Position numbers and translations under genes: made by a program. Positions 1 through 13,627 of a stretch of DNA of 64,000 nt are shown here, piece by piece. How positions within the stretch are numbered: the stretch's first letter is position 1; every line of letters starts with the position of its first letter. Below the pieces are notes generated by a model, which was not told the DNA's origin, did not search any database, and was given only the letters and a program-made list of their open reading frames with translations. Source of the stretch: Octopus sinensis (taxonomy: Eukaryota); assembly GCF_006345805.1 (NCBI RefSeq), contig NC_043006.1, forward strand, positions 89,218,001 through 89,282,000. The letters run 5' to 3'.

Positions 1-561
1 AGTACAAGTATTTTCTCTTGATTTGTATTAAACACACCACTCATTCTGATTTCTACTAAATACACTGAATTCTCTCACACACACCCAGATATAGCCATGC
101 ATTTCTGAATATATTGGCACAAACTTTTTAACGGTGCATTCACGATTATACATCAAGTCATCAATAACTGACGTATAGTGTATAATACTGTCCCACTGAA
201 TATGGCCAATAATATTCCAAAGTGCCACTGGGTAGAAAACGAAATCAGTGCACTGATAAACTCTTGGTACAATCACCATAACGATTGTGTAAAAGCTAAT
301 GTCTATGGTAAAATCTTGCAGAAAAATTAGCGTTACAATCCTTTTACAGATCTGTAAAACAGATCAAAAACAAAATAAATCACCAGATCATTTCATACTT
401 TACACATGCACATGGCAACACTAGAAGCCATACAACGGATGTAGTGCACCAACTGACCCAATGCCAGCAGGTCAGGGGTCACTTCAACGACCCATTAGCC
501 AGCAACAAACAACATCCTCTTTGATATCGCTATCTGACCTAATTCCACACAACACTACTGT

Positions 562-1392
562 GAAGGCTTTATCTTGGTTGCCCAAGATCAGAGCTTATTG
601 ACCTGGAACTATCAAGCCAATGTGATGCAAAATGGTGTAGACCCAAAGTGCTGATATTGCAATGATGGGATAGAAACAGTCGACCCCTAATCTCTGGATG
701 TAAGACATGACAGAGTTGGCTAATATCTACATTAAGCAATGTGTCGGCATTATAAAATCAAAACTGCTGAAAAATGGTACTAGCACCACTCTGAGGGAGA
801 AAAATATAACAATTCTTTGGGACTTTCCAGTATGTACAGATTGAACTGTCAAGGCAAATAAACCAGATATTGTTGTGAAAGACAAAAGCAATAAAGTCTG
901 TGTTTTGATTGACATGAGCATACCCTGTGACCATAATATATCGACAAAAGAATTTGATAAGTTCAGAGAATATAAAGATTGGTTAATTGAAATCAAAAAG
1001 ATGTGACATCTCAAGACAGTTGCAATACCAGGAGCTCTTGGAATGATCAAAAAAGAAACTGAAAATTATATAAGAATGATCCCTGGCTTACCATCTATGC
1101 AGGAAGTGCAAAAGATTGTTTTAACTGGTATATCATATGTACTGAGAAGAACATTGTTGCTGTGAATTTTCTTTCTATTTTTCTCCTATATTTTCTTTGT
1201 TTACCATTTTTCCTTTCTCTCTGTCTTTATTCCCCTTTTTCTCTATCACATAACTTTATAAATTAAGAATCTAGTATGTTTATTTTAATGCCCTACCAAT
1301 GTATACAGTTTGTTTCTATGCTCTAGGTATCAGGAAGACACTTAGCAAAAATGGAAACAAAATTGAAAGATGTTAATGAAAATAATAATAAT
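562..1392 (+). mobile_element. R4/Dong-like non-LTR retrotransposon, 3' fragment (CCHC knuckle, restriction-like endonuclease, 3' UTR), decayed
   Basis: Translates with stops and frameshifts to GFILVAQDQSLL..NYQA..DPKC..C...ETVD..ISGC..HDRVG and KANKPDIVVKDK..LIDMSIP.D. Clearly homologous to 11340-12220, including the 3' UTR, and ends in an AATAATAATAAT run. Confidence 0.85.
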
Positions 1393-1394
1393 GA

Positions 1395-3651
1395 AAAGAA
1401 TGATAAGAAAGATGCTGAATGGTTGAAGGAGCTAAGACTGGAGAAAAATGAAGTGAAACAGAACAATATAAAGATAACAACTTAAATGGTGACCAAGTAG
1501 ACGACAAAGGTTGCAAATTGTAAACAGAGGAACTGGCTGAGAAATTTCCCAGCATTGCATAAAAGAACAGCTGTGCAAATGGATGAAATGATCAACAACG
1601 AGGTGGAAATCATGAAGTGGCTGACCATGGGGAAACTGGTTCTTTTCCAAAAGGACCCCAGTAACAATAACACAGTGGATAAATTACTGCCCAATCTCCT
1701 GCCTACCCTTGATGTGAAAGTGGATGACAGGAATAATATCTAATTGTGTAATTAATGACAAGTTGCCATTAGAACAAAAGGGACGGAGAAAAGATCAACT
1801 TCTGATAGACAGAAGGATGCTGACTGGCTATAAGAAGAAAAAAAAAAACCCTACTAATCTGGGTATGGACATGGATTGATTATAATAAAGTTTATGACAT
1901 GATCCCCCATTCTTGGATTTTAGTTTTGGTACAGGTGTCTGACAACATTTTGAATTTTATCAAATCACTGAAGAACTGGAGTACAGAGTTAACATCATAC
2001 AGAGAATTTCTGTTGAAGGTTAACATTAGGAGAGGCATATTTCAGGGAGATAGTCTGTCACTGTCACTGTTTGTGATTTGTGTGATACCCCTCATGCAGA
2101 TAATATGGAAAGTGATGTGAGGGTACACCCTGAATAGTGAAGGAAAGTTGAATCATTATATATGGATGACTTAAAGATCATCAGTAAGAGTGAGCATGAA
2201 ATAAATGGTCTGGTTTGAACAGCGCAGATATTCAGTAAGGATACTGGAATAGAATTTGGAATTAAATAGTGTGGTACACTTATAAAAAAAGAGCAAAGTT
2301 TGGTCATCTGATGATGTAGAACTACCCAATGTAAAGAGATTTAAGGATGTAGAGGTGACTGGATATAAGTATCTGTGTATTTTGGAGTGACAAAATTAAA
2401 GAGAGAGAGATAAAGTTAAGCTTTAGGCGATAATACTTCAGGAGAACCAAAATAATTATGAGTAGACTCAGTGGAAAGAACAAGATCAGGGCAATGAATA
2501 CATAGGATGTCTCCTTAATGTGATATGGCACAGATGTTGATTGATGGATAAAGAATGAGCTTGAAAGTATAGATAGAAAAACTAGGAAAGTGATGACACT
2601 GCACCCTGGAAGTGATGTCGATAGACTGTATGTGCCTCAAAACAATGGAGAAAGCAAGACCTGTGGTGCCAATTAGGAAAACAGTCTGGGATGGTATGTC
2701 AAATTTCAGGTTGAACCTTTGGTTGTTGCTGTTAGAAATAGCAACATGATAGAGAATGAATATGTGACACACTCAAAAAACAAATAAGAAACAAGATGGA
2801 GGACAATGATTGAACAACTGGAAAATGAAAGCAACGCATGGGCAAATACCTCAGAGAAATGGAAGGGAAAGACAAGAACAAACACCTGAAGGTGGCTAAT
2901 GAAAAGTGAACGAAAGGATGCACTGAGGAACAAGCTCTGTGAACTAATTACACCAAGTTCCAAACAGATAAGAATAGTGAATTGCCCCTTTGTAGAATGT
3001 GTGGCAGTAGAAACGAAACAATCTCACATATTGTGAGTGTAGCTAACTGGCTCAAAAAGAACACAAAATGAGGCATGATAATGTAGCTAAGCATGTCCAT
3101 TGAACATTGTGTGAGAAGTACAGCCTTGAAGGGACATTGAAATAATATGAGAATAAACAAGAAGGAATCACTGAGAACAATGAGTATAAGATTTTGTAGG
3201 ATTTTACAATCCAATGTGATTCAGTGATTGATGCTCAGAGACCAAACATTATTGTAGTTGACAAAATGATGAAAGAAACCAAGATTAGAGATATTGCCAT
3301 TCCTGAGGAAGTATGAGTGGATGACAAAGAAAATATTGAAAAGTACAAGCCATCAAAAGATGAGATTGCTTGAATGTGGACAGTGAAGAAGGTAACTGCC
3401 ATCCCAGGAGTTGTAGGGGCACTGGGAGGAGTATTAACAAGCAGATTTGAGAAATTTGTTGGAGAAACTGGGATTGATATGAGGATAGAACATGCTCAGA
3501 AAACTGCTCTACTGGGGACCCTGAGGACTTTGAGATTGGAACTGTTAAATAGCATGGAAAGAGACCCTGTGAGGTTCTTGGCAACAACTTGTTGTCCGCT
3601 CTTGAATTAGGTGGAGCAAGTGAAATCAAGAGCTCTGAGAAACAAAATGGA

Positions 3652-3681
<30 letters not shown>
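1395..3681 (+). mobile_element. R4/Dong-like LINE, 5'-truncated, heavily decayed (second family)
   Basis: RT motifs WIDY.K.YDMIPHSWI, IRRGIFQGDSLS and LYMDDLK. C-terminal C..C...ETISHIVS, RPNIIVVDK and LLGTLR. Ends in an (AAT)n run at about 3651-3681. Confidence 0.85.
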
Positions 3682-3682
<1 letters not shown>

Positions 3683-3684
<2 letters not shown>

Positions 3685-5757
3685 GGCTCATATGGCTGTA
3701 AAGATCAACTAATGATCAATACAGCCATAACTGAAGACAGCCACAGAAAGAAGAAAGGTCTCAGTATGGCCTGGATCGACTACAAAAAGGTGTTTGATAG
3801 CATCTCCCACATATAGATCCTCGAAACACTAGCCATGAACAAAGTTGCACCAACAATTATAAAATACATAGGACACTCTATGAATAAATGGCAAACAGTG
3901 CTGCAGCTCCAAACAAAAGAGGGACTTGTGAAAACCAAAGCCATCTCCATTAGAAGAGGAATATTCCAGGGAGATACGCTCTCTCCACTCCTTTTCTGCT
4001 TGGCACTGTCACCTCTATCGGATATGCTAAGCAGAACTGGATGTGGATATAAATGTTACGGCAAAAAGATCAGCCACCTTTTATATATGGATGACCTAAA
4101 ACTATACGCTACAAATGACAAACAGCTGGAAACACTACTAAAGACAGTTCATGGATTTACCAAAGAAATAGATATGAAATTTGGATAAGAGAAATGCATC
4201 AAAGTAACCCTGAAAAGGGGGAAACTAATTAAGAGTAGCAACATTACACAAGATAAAACCAATGAAATAAAAGAATTAGACCAAAGCCAAACTTACAAAT
4301 ACTTAGGAATCCATGAACTAGATAAGACACAACACACACAAATGAAAGAGAAAATAAAGAAAGAATATTATAGACGAGTTAGATCAATACTGAAAACAGA
4401 GCTCAATGCTAAAAACAAGATAATAGGTATCAACACTTTAGCCATCCCAGTTATAAGTTACAGCTACAATATTCTTAACTGGATGCTAAATGAACTGACC
4501 AAAATAGATAGGAAAACAAGAAAAATAATGACAGGATCTAGGATGCATCACCCAAAATCTGACATAGAAAGGCTATATATACAACGTATAGATGGTGGTA
4601 GAGGCCTTATACAGCTGGAAAACTACTATAAAATAACCACTATAGGACTGCAAAAATATCTACTTCAGAAGGAAGGAAAACTGATACAAATAGTGGCAAA
4701 ACACGAGCAAAGCAAAAAACTGTTCTCAGTATTTAAGGAAGCTGACAAATACAAACAAGAAATCATACCATCTAACAAATATGAAGAAGAAGAAGAAGAT
4801 GAAGAAACAACAAAAGCTATAAAACAAATGAAATCCAAACTAAAAATAGAACAGCAACAAACCATGATAAAACGATGGCAAGAAAAGCCCCTTCATGGCA
4901 AATACTGGACTAAACTAAATGCAAAAAAATAGACAAAGAAAAATCCCAACAATGGTTGAGAAGCTCAGGACTCAAAGCAGAGACAGAAGGATTTTTAATT
5001 GCAGCACAAGACCAAAGCCTCCCCACCAGAAATTACCAAAAACATGTAATAAAATGAAATATAACAAGTAACTGCAGAATATGTGGAGATGGACAAGAAA
5101 CAATAAATCATATTATCTCTGGCTGCCCAGTCCTGACCAAGAAGGAATATATTCACAGACACGACAGAGTTGGGACCTATATACACTGGAAACTATGCCA
5201 ACATTATGGAATAACAATAGAAAAAAGATGGTATAGGCACACCCTAGAAAAGGTCACAGAAAACGAGAAAGCAACCATACTCTGGGATATGCCAATACAC
5301 ACAGATAGAGAAATTAAGGTCAACAGACTAGATATAGTTGTTAGAGATCATGAAGAAAAAAAATGTTTTCTAATTGATGTATCAATACTAGAGGATGACA
5401 ATGTGTCTCTAAAAGAAATGGAGAAACTTTCAAAATACCTGGAAATAGAGGTAACCAGAATGTGGAATCTAAAAACAGAAACAATTCCTATCATAATAGG
5501 TGCATTAGGGACGATAAAAAAATATTCAGACAACTACATAACAAAAACACCAGGACTTACAAACACATATAACATACAGAAAATTGCACTACTAGGCACT
5601 GCACACATCCTACACAGAACACTTTCCATACAATAACCATCAGAGCATCACAACAAATCACAGCACATACCCAAGGCACACAGAGCTGTGCTCGGTAGTG
5701 AAGTGAAAGCACGATATAAAAATATACTACTGAATGATAATAATAATAATAATAATA
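3683..5757 (+). mobile_element. R4/Dong-like LINE, 5'-truncated (third family); RT plus restriction-like endonuclease with several stops
   Basis: ORF pieces 3589-3816, 3835-4188, 4342-4932 and 5289-5636 give GSYGCKDQLMIN, AWIDYKKVFDS, RRGIFQGDTLSPLLF, HLLYMDDLKLYA, RLDIVVRD..FLIDVS and ALLGTAHIL. A short 3' UTR and an (AAT)n tail follow. Confidence 0.92.
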
Positions 5758-6022
5758 AGAAGAAAGAAGAAGAAGAAGAAAGAAGAAGAAAGAAGAAGAA
5801 GAAGAAGAAGAAGAAGAGAAAGAAGAAGAAGAAGAAGAAGAAGAAGAAGAAGAAGAAGAGAAGAAGAAGAAGAAGAAGAAGAAGAAGAAGAAGAAGAAGA
5901 GAAAGAAGAAGAAGAAGAAGAAGAAGAAGAAGAAGAAGAAGAAGAAGAAGAAGAAGAAGAAGAAGAAGAAGAAGAAGAAGAAGAAGAAGAAGAAGAAGAA
6001 GAAGAAGAAGAAGAAGAAGAAG
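5757..6022. repeat. (AAG)n microsatellite, ~265 bp
   Basis: Directly visible. It grades out of the (AAT)n tail of the upstream LINE and produces the poly-K/E/R/F/S ORFs in the track. Confidence 0.98.
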
Positions 6023-6191
6023 AGCACCAGCCTTGACAGCGGCTGGACGTGTTCCTCACTGCTCTGACAGTTCGGTGGCCGAAAGCCATAGAAACACTAA
6101 TATGGGCCAGTTTAGCAATGGGGAAAAATAACTCTCAAAGACTGGAACATCTACAATACCTCGTGAGTATTTGAAATTCTCTTCAAAGTGG

Positions 6192-7816
6192 GTTAAGAAA
6201 TTTACAAATTTACATATCTGCAGCTTTCAAACATACATCCGATCGGCTTTAAAAACTTTAATACCCCCAACTGCCTCTGTAAGCACCCTTTTTTTTTTTC
6301 CTTCTCTCTAAAAACATCACGCTTTTCTTTTTGTGGACTTGCAAAACCCTAAAACTTTCTATGAAAATCTGACTTTTCTTTGCTTCCTCCCAGAATATTC
6401 AAATATAAATGTAAACATATACTCTTTATTGCAAAAACACACCTGTTCTTCTAACTGGACATACAAACATCTCTAGAGGGGTCAACTTCAACCTCCACAA
6501 TATTACCTTGCATGAAATATACAAACACTTTTTATTGCAATAACACAAACGCACATGGAAAAAATAATGATGCTAAGATTCTCTCTGGTCGAACACAGCT
6601 TCTCTATTCACAAATAATACAGAACAGCCCTTCAAAATAAGCACGAAATATACAACACTTTTTATTGCAATAACACAAATGCACATGGAAAAAATAATGA
6701 TGCTAAGATTCTCTCTGGTCGAACACCGCTTCTCTATTCACAAATAATACAGAACAGCCCTTCAATAAGTTAAGAAAATTTACAAATTTACATGTCTACA
6801 GTTTTCAATCATACATTCGACCAGCTTTAAAAAACTTTGATACCCACAATTGCCTCTGTAAACATCCTTTTTTTTTTTTTTTTTTTCTTCTCTCTAAAAA
6901 CATCATGCTTTTCTTTTTGTGGACTTGCAAAACCCTAAAACTTTCTATGAAAATCTGACTTTTCTTTGCTTCCTCCCAGAATATTCAAATATAAATGTAA
7001 CATATACTCTTTATTGCAAAAACCCACCTGTTCTTCTAACTGGACATACAACATCTCTAGAGGGGTCAACTTCAACCTCCACAATATTACCTTGCATGAA
7101 ATATACAAACACTTTTTATTGCAATAACACAAACGCACATGGAAAAAATAATGATGCTAAGATTCTCTCTGGTCGAACACAGCTTCTCTATTCACAAATA
7201 ATACAGAACAGCCCTTCAAAATAAGCACGAAATATACAAACACTTTTTATTGCAATAACACAAATGCACATGGAAAAAATAATGATGCTAAGATTCTCTC
7301 TGGTCGAACACAGCTTCTCTATTCACAAATAATACAGAACAGCCCTTCAAAATAAGTTAAGAAAATTTACAAATTTACATGTCTACAGTTTTCAATCATA
7401 CATTCGACCAGCTTTAAAAACTTTGATACCCACAATTGCCTCTGTAAACATCCTTTTTTTTTTTTTTTTTTTCTTCTCTCTAAAAACATCATGCTTTTCT
7501 TTTTGTGGACTTACAAAACCCTAAAACTTTCTATGAAAATCTGACTTTTCTTTGCTTCCTCCCTGAATATTCAAATATAAATGTAAACATATACTTTTTA
7601 TTGTAAAAACACACCTGTTCTTCTAACTGGACATACAAACATCTCTAGAGGGGTCAACTTCAACCTCCACAATATTACCTTACAGGAAATATACAAACAC
7701 TTTTTATTGCAATAACACAAACGCACATGGAAAAAAACAAAAAAAAATGATGATGCTAAGATTCTCTCTGGTGAACACAACTTCTCTATTCACAAACAAT
7801 ACAGAACAGCCCTTCC
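6192..7816. repeat. Tandem repeat of a ~580-bp unit, ~2.8 copies, with an internal ~120-bp duplication
   Basis: GTTAAGAAA(A)TTTACAAATTTACAT recurs at about 6192, 6769 and 7356. The AAATATACAAACAC...CAGCCCTTC block occurs twice in units 1 and 2 and once in unit 3. Confidence 0.93.
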
Positions 7817-8286
7817 TTAATTTTTCTTAAGCCTAATAGTAGTAAACATCTGAACATTTTTTGACCGATAGGACCCCACCTAAAAAAAAAATTAAAAAAA
7901 ATATCACTGATGGTGATGGTGATGATGGTGATGATGATAATAATGATAGTAATAGTGCTGATAATCTATCTATCTATCTACACACACACACACTCAAAGA
8001 GTTCAACAAACACAAAGAAAGTATTATTTGACAGGCAAGAACTCTGGTGTTGAAGACAGTCAGCCAGCCAACCACCAAGCCAGCCAACGAGACAGACAGA
8101 CACTACTGTGATGGTGATAATGATAAAAAACAAAAATAACAATAATAAGATACTGCTGTGACTACACATAAAACAATATCATTGATGATGATGGTGGTGA
8201 TGGTGATGGTGATGATGATAATGATGATGGTAATGGTGGTGATAATGATGATAGTGATGGTAATGGTGATGATAATAACAATAATA

Positions 8287-11200
8287 AGCCGACTACGGCT
8301 GCTATAATGGTACGATTATAATTGTAACGGCAATGATGGCCGTCTCCCCATGAGCCAATCAAAGCTAAAAAATGATAACATTATCGTAGCACCAAAATGT
8401 TTTTGGAAACTAAAAGGAAAACTAAATCAGTATACCAAATCGCTTGTCCTATGGTTAATCTGGAAGCGCGTCCCCCAGGGAAGAGCCAGCCTGGGATCGA
8501 AAAGTCATCAACTGGCACAAACTCTTCTCCGAATACGGACATGGATGGTCACTTGAACGGGAAATCCCCCAACTCGAGCCCTCCAATTCACCACCACAAC
8601 CACCACAGAAGAAAAATGTAAGCGGAACAAATGGACCCGAGAAGAGTATAAAGAAGTAATATACGCTTATTACTATGCATTAGGTAGGCCATCTCAAGAG
8701 AGACACACCGCAAACTCTTACAGTATATGGAGAACACGGAATCAAGACAGTAGGCCCTATTTGGACGAGAACAAATTAGCAAATGTGAGAGGGATATCCT
8801 TAGAAATAACAGACTCACAGACAGTGAAATAAGCGCGATCAAGCACGCAACGGAAAATGACATAAATATAAGACACAAAGGAAATGAAGAATCAGATGAA
8901 CAGTATAGCCCGCCACGAGGCTTAATTGAAAGACTGCCATCTGACCAAAGTACGCAAAGGCCTGAAGATACAAGAAATTCTATTGTACCTGTTAAAGATA
9001 GCCAGGAAAACGAAAAAACAACAGTAACTGAAGATCTCGCATTTGCTGAAGAACACAGAGAGTCTATGGCAGAAATGAGGCAGAAAATCCTGAATACGCT
9101 TGAAGTTGTAAGACATACAAGTATGAATGATAGAGAACCACTTCATAAACTCTCAAATACAAACCAAAATAAAAACAAATCCAAATTGGCAACTATGTAA
9201 CAAATGAAATAATACGAGAATTAAAACCTGATTTTACTGAGTTAAATGAAATTATTTACGCTTCTGCTAGGGCAATTGAAACCAGCTGTATGCCCCCGAA
9301 AAATCAAAGAAAACAAAACCTGGGAAGAAATCAAACCTGGAGAAGTAAAATTGAAAATGAACTAATATGTGGAAATGATGTAAGATCCAGAACAGGAAGA
9401 AAGATGAAGAGAAAATTTGGATCCTCACCAAGAGAAGAACTGATATCAATAAAAGAAACGCTGAAACAAAAAGTCCAAGCAAAAGCCCAGAGAATACGAA
9501 GATTTGAGAAGAGAAACAAGTTTTACAAGCAAAATAAGCTGTTCACATCCAATGCCAAAAAATTCTACAGAGAAATAGGGAAGGAGAAAGTAACCGTTAA
9601 AGACGCCCTCCCATGGAAGAAGTTCAAAACTTTTGGAAAAGGATTTGGAGTGACAAGAAGACGTACAACATAAATGCAGACTGGATTATACAAACTGAAG
9701 GATCCTACCAAAATTTACAACAACAAGCATGGAAGACATCACAATACAGACCTAAAAAAGGCACTCACGAAGGCCCATAATTGAAATCCCCCGTAAAGAT
9801 AGGGTGCCGAATTTCTGGCTCGCATCGCTCCCATGCGCACACGGTAAGCTAGTTCAGCTGCTTAATGGAATTATGAGAGACCCAAAGAAAACACCGAATG
9901 GTTAGCAAGTGGCATTACTTACCTACTCCCAAAGAATAACGAAACAACCTTCCAAAAAACTATCGGCCTATAACCTGTCTATCCACCACGTATAAAATCC
10001 TAACATCTATCCTGGCGGAGAAAACATATGCATTCATGGAGAGAAAGATATTATTCCCCCATTGAACAAAAAGGGTGCCGCCGAGGCTCTTATGGATGCA
10101 AAGATCACTGCTAATCAATCGTATGATCCTTGAGAACTGTCACAACAAGTGCAGAAATCTCAGTACCGCATGGATTGACTAAAAAAGGCCTTCGACAGTA
10201 TAAACCGCATCCATGGATCTTGAGATCGCTGGACATCTTCAAAATTTCCCTGTGATTTCAAACTTCCTGAAGCACAATATGTCGTTGTGGAATACGAATC
10301 TCCAATGGAGTACTTGCTTGCTCAGAAAATATAAACATCACTGGGGATTTTTCAGGTGACTCACTTTCACCTTTAATATTCTGCATAGCCCTAATACCCC
10401 TTACAAGTGAATAAACAGAACAGGGTATGGGTATACAATTGCCAATTAAAAATAAGCCATCTATTTTATATGGATGACTTAAAACTTTATGGTAAAGACA
10501 ATAATGAACTTGAAGGCCTATTGCGCACCGTGAAAGCATTCAGCGATGACATCGGGATGGAGTTTGGACTTGAGAAGTGTGCCAAGGCCACTTTCCAGAA
10601 AGGGAAAGTGAAGACCACAAATTCAGTCGTGTTAGATGTTGACACACAGTCATAAGAGAGCTTGAGCAAGACAAACATACAAATATTTAGAGATAAATGA
10701 AGGCTCTGGTATTCAGCATGCAAGCATGAAAGAGAAAATCAGGAAGGAATGTTATAGGAGAGTTCGTGCATCCTGAAAATCTGAACTAAATGCACGTAAC
10801 AAGGTGTTAGCTATAAATTCCTGCAGTTCCATTGTTACTTATAGCTACAATGTGTTGAACTGGAATATGAGTGAAGTAAAGAATATAGATAGAAATACGC
10901 AAGCTGCTGAGTTGTAATAGGATGCACCACCCAAAGGCAGACGTAGATCGCCTTTACCTTCCCAGAGCCCAAGGAGGTCGAGGCCTGATCCAATTTGAAC
11001 TAGCTTACAAAACAACCACAATTGGACTGGTCAAATATCTCGAATATCGAATGCCTGGATGCTAAAGCTCGTGGAAAATCACGAGAGACGAAGAAGCTTC
11101 ATTCTATCATAAAGAAAGCAAAAAAATTTGCTATTGATCTCGTGCAGGATACCCAAACTGAACAACCGAGGGAAGTACGGCAACTATTGTTGCAAAGAAG

Positions 11201-12222
11201 GTGAAAATGATGGCAATGAAGAAGTGCACGAGCAATTGGCTGATAGGTGGGAGGAGAACCTCTGCACGGCAAATATGTGACCCGCAGCAAACAAGCTGAT
11301 GTTGACCAGAAGCAAACCCATCAGTGGCTACGGCTCAGGGCTAAAAGCAGAGAGCGAAGGTTTCATCCTGGCTGCTCAAGATCAAAGCCTATTAACCCAG
11401 AACTACCAGGCCAAGGTGATGAAAAATGGAGCAGACCCAAAATGCCGATTCTGCAATGACATGATTGAAACAGTGGACCACCTAATCTCTGGATGTAAAG
11501 TCTTAGCACCAGTGGAGTATAAATTAAGACATGACAGAGTTGGCTAATATCTCCACTGGCTAATAAGTTGGCATTACAATATCAAAACTGCCAAGTGGTA
11601 TAATCACCACCCTGAGGCTGTAACTGAAGGAGAAAATGTAACCATTCTGTGGGACATTCCAGTACATACAGACTGAACCATCAAGGCCAATAAACCAGAT
11701 ATTGTTGTGAAAGACCAAAACAATAAAGTTTGCTTATTGATCGACATGAGCATCCCCTGTGATCATAATATTTCAGCGAAAGAGTTTGACAAGCTCAGAA
11801 AATATAAAGACCTACTCATTGAAATTGAGAAAATGTGGCATCTCAAGGCGGTTACAATACCAGTGATCGTAGGAGCACTAGGAATGATCAAGAATGGAAC
11901 CGAAAATTATATGAGAATGATCCCTGGCTTACCATCCCTGCAAGAAGTGCAAAAGATTGTCTTAACTGGTACATCACACGTATTGAGAAGAGCATTGTCG
12001 ATGTGAGAACTGTTGCTGCTCATGTATTTTAATTTAACTTTAAAAAAAAAAATAAAAAAAAATGAACGAACTACTGAGTTTGGTTTAATGGCCTACCAAT
12101 GTATGCTATGAGTTTCTTTGCCCTAGGAGTCGGGAAGACACTCGGCAAGAAATGGAAGCAAATTTGAAAGAAGAAAAAAAAAAGTAATAATAACAATAAT
12201 AATAATAACAAAAATAACAATT
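8287..12222 (+). mobile_element. Apparently full-length (~3.9 kb) R4/Dong-like LINE with a single, frameshifted ORF
   Basis: N-terminal KWTREEYKEVIYAYYYA..WR..N..RPYLDENKLANVR (R4/Dong Myb-like N-terminus). RT motifs EQKGCRRGSYGCKD, WID.KKAFDS, GIFQGDSLSPL and HLFYMDDLKLYG. C-terminal DPKCRFC..ETVDHLISGC and KPDIVVKD..LIDMSIP. AAT-like repeats lie on both flanks. Confidence 0.92.
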
Positions 12223-12239
12223 GTTACAAATATAGTCAC

Positions 12240-12410
12240 AAGGCCAGAAATTTGTGGCTAGTTGATTAAATTGACTGCAATACTTGAATGGTCCTTTATT
12301 TTATTGACTTTGAAAGGATGAAAGGCAAAGTTGATTTCAGTGGGATTTGAACTCAGAATGTAAACAGCTGGAACAAATACTGCAACACTCAAACATTTCT
12401 ACTAGCTCAC
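12240..12410 (-). mobile_element. tRNA-derived SINE (GGCGGTGAGCTGGCAGAA-type head), diverged
   Basis: Reverse complement contains TTCTGAGTTCAAATCCC..GAAATCAACTTTGCCTTTCATCCTTTC. Same family as 17900-18110 and 27388-27615. Confidence 0.7.
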
Positions 12411-13576
12411 TGGCTTAGATGCTGATAAAATAGAATACTAACAAAATACTGAAATTGATATAGTTAACTACAATTTTCTCCAAAAATGGGAGGTTGTACC
12501 TATGTGTTAGAAATAGTAACTGTATATGATATTGCAGTCAAATGGAGCACATGAAGATGATTTAATAATATACCATCTGAAATGGAGGATAAAATATAAT
12601 ACTATGGAAGAATGATACTGAGTGTAGAATAAAGTCAAACTGCATTCGGGTTAAAGAATCATTTCAACTGCCATTGAAAGGGTTATAGATTAATAATAGT
12701 TCCTGCTCTGGACAGCAATAGTTATTGGCATAGAATATAAATAAATGGACAGATTATTTATAGGACATTTACTTAGATAATACATCCAGTAGAATTAATA
12801 AAACATTTCTTAAACACAAATGTATAATATATTTATATACATATATATAGATATATACACATGCACATACATATACATACCAGGGCATATATATGTATAT
12901 ATATATATAAATTCATAAATGAGGGTGAAAAATTAGATATTAATTTAATAATACCATCAGTTTAACACCAAGTGGCCTAGCACATAAAAACCAGGGAGAC
13001 GTGTGTGTGTGTATATTTACGTATATATATATATATATATACGTAAATATACACGTATATATATATATATATACAATGAAAAAGTAGCAGAAAACTTCAA
13101 AATCTGTTATTTTTGTTTAGTTCTGGGGTGATTTCATTTTGCCTAGCTTTCAAGTATATTATATTTTTTAAAGGGACCTTCCTTACACAAAATACCACAG
13201 CTACTAGTGTTTAATAACACACATAAATTAAGTATGTGAAACTGATAATTACATTATTGATTTGCTCCTAACACAAAACTTGAACTTTGCTCTCCTTGTG
13301 CAGTGCTATTGCACATCAGTAAATATATTTTATTATATATGCATATACCTCTAGCTGGCTATTTTGATTTAGTTTCAAAAGAGGGTCAAGTATACAACAC
13401 CAATGAATAACAAAAACTGTGAAATATTTTATATTAGTTGTTCTTGTTCACTTATGTGTTGTCTTGCTTTGAAGTATACTGTGTTTTGTAACAGCACATA
13501 TCTTTAAAGAAGCCTCCCTTACACAAAATACCACAGCCACAAGTGTTTAACAACACACACATACATTAGGTATTTG

Positions 13577-13627
<51 letters not shown>

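Noticed and set aside
1-560. ORF 28-279 and adjacent sequence as a gene or TE fragment
   Set aside because: No recognisable motif on either strand; left unassigned.
6021-6110. HDV-like or hammerhead ribozyme right after the AAG tract (hairpins CCAGCC/GGCTGG and TGGC/GCCA; AGAGCA/TGCTCT pairing)
   Set aside because: I could not build P2 or P1.1 of an HDV fold, and CTGACAG does not match the CUGANGA core.
5557-6131. Poly-F/S/K/R/E ORFs
   Set aside because: They are translations of the (AAG)n microsatellite.
8287-8560. HDV-like ribozyme in the 5' UTR of the full-length R4/Dong-like element
   Set aside because: Expected by analogy with R2/R4, but no convincing nested double pseudoknot could be assembled by eye. 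A descriptor search (RNArobo or Infernal) would be needed.
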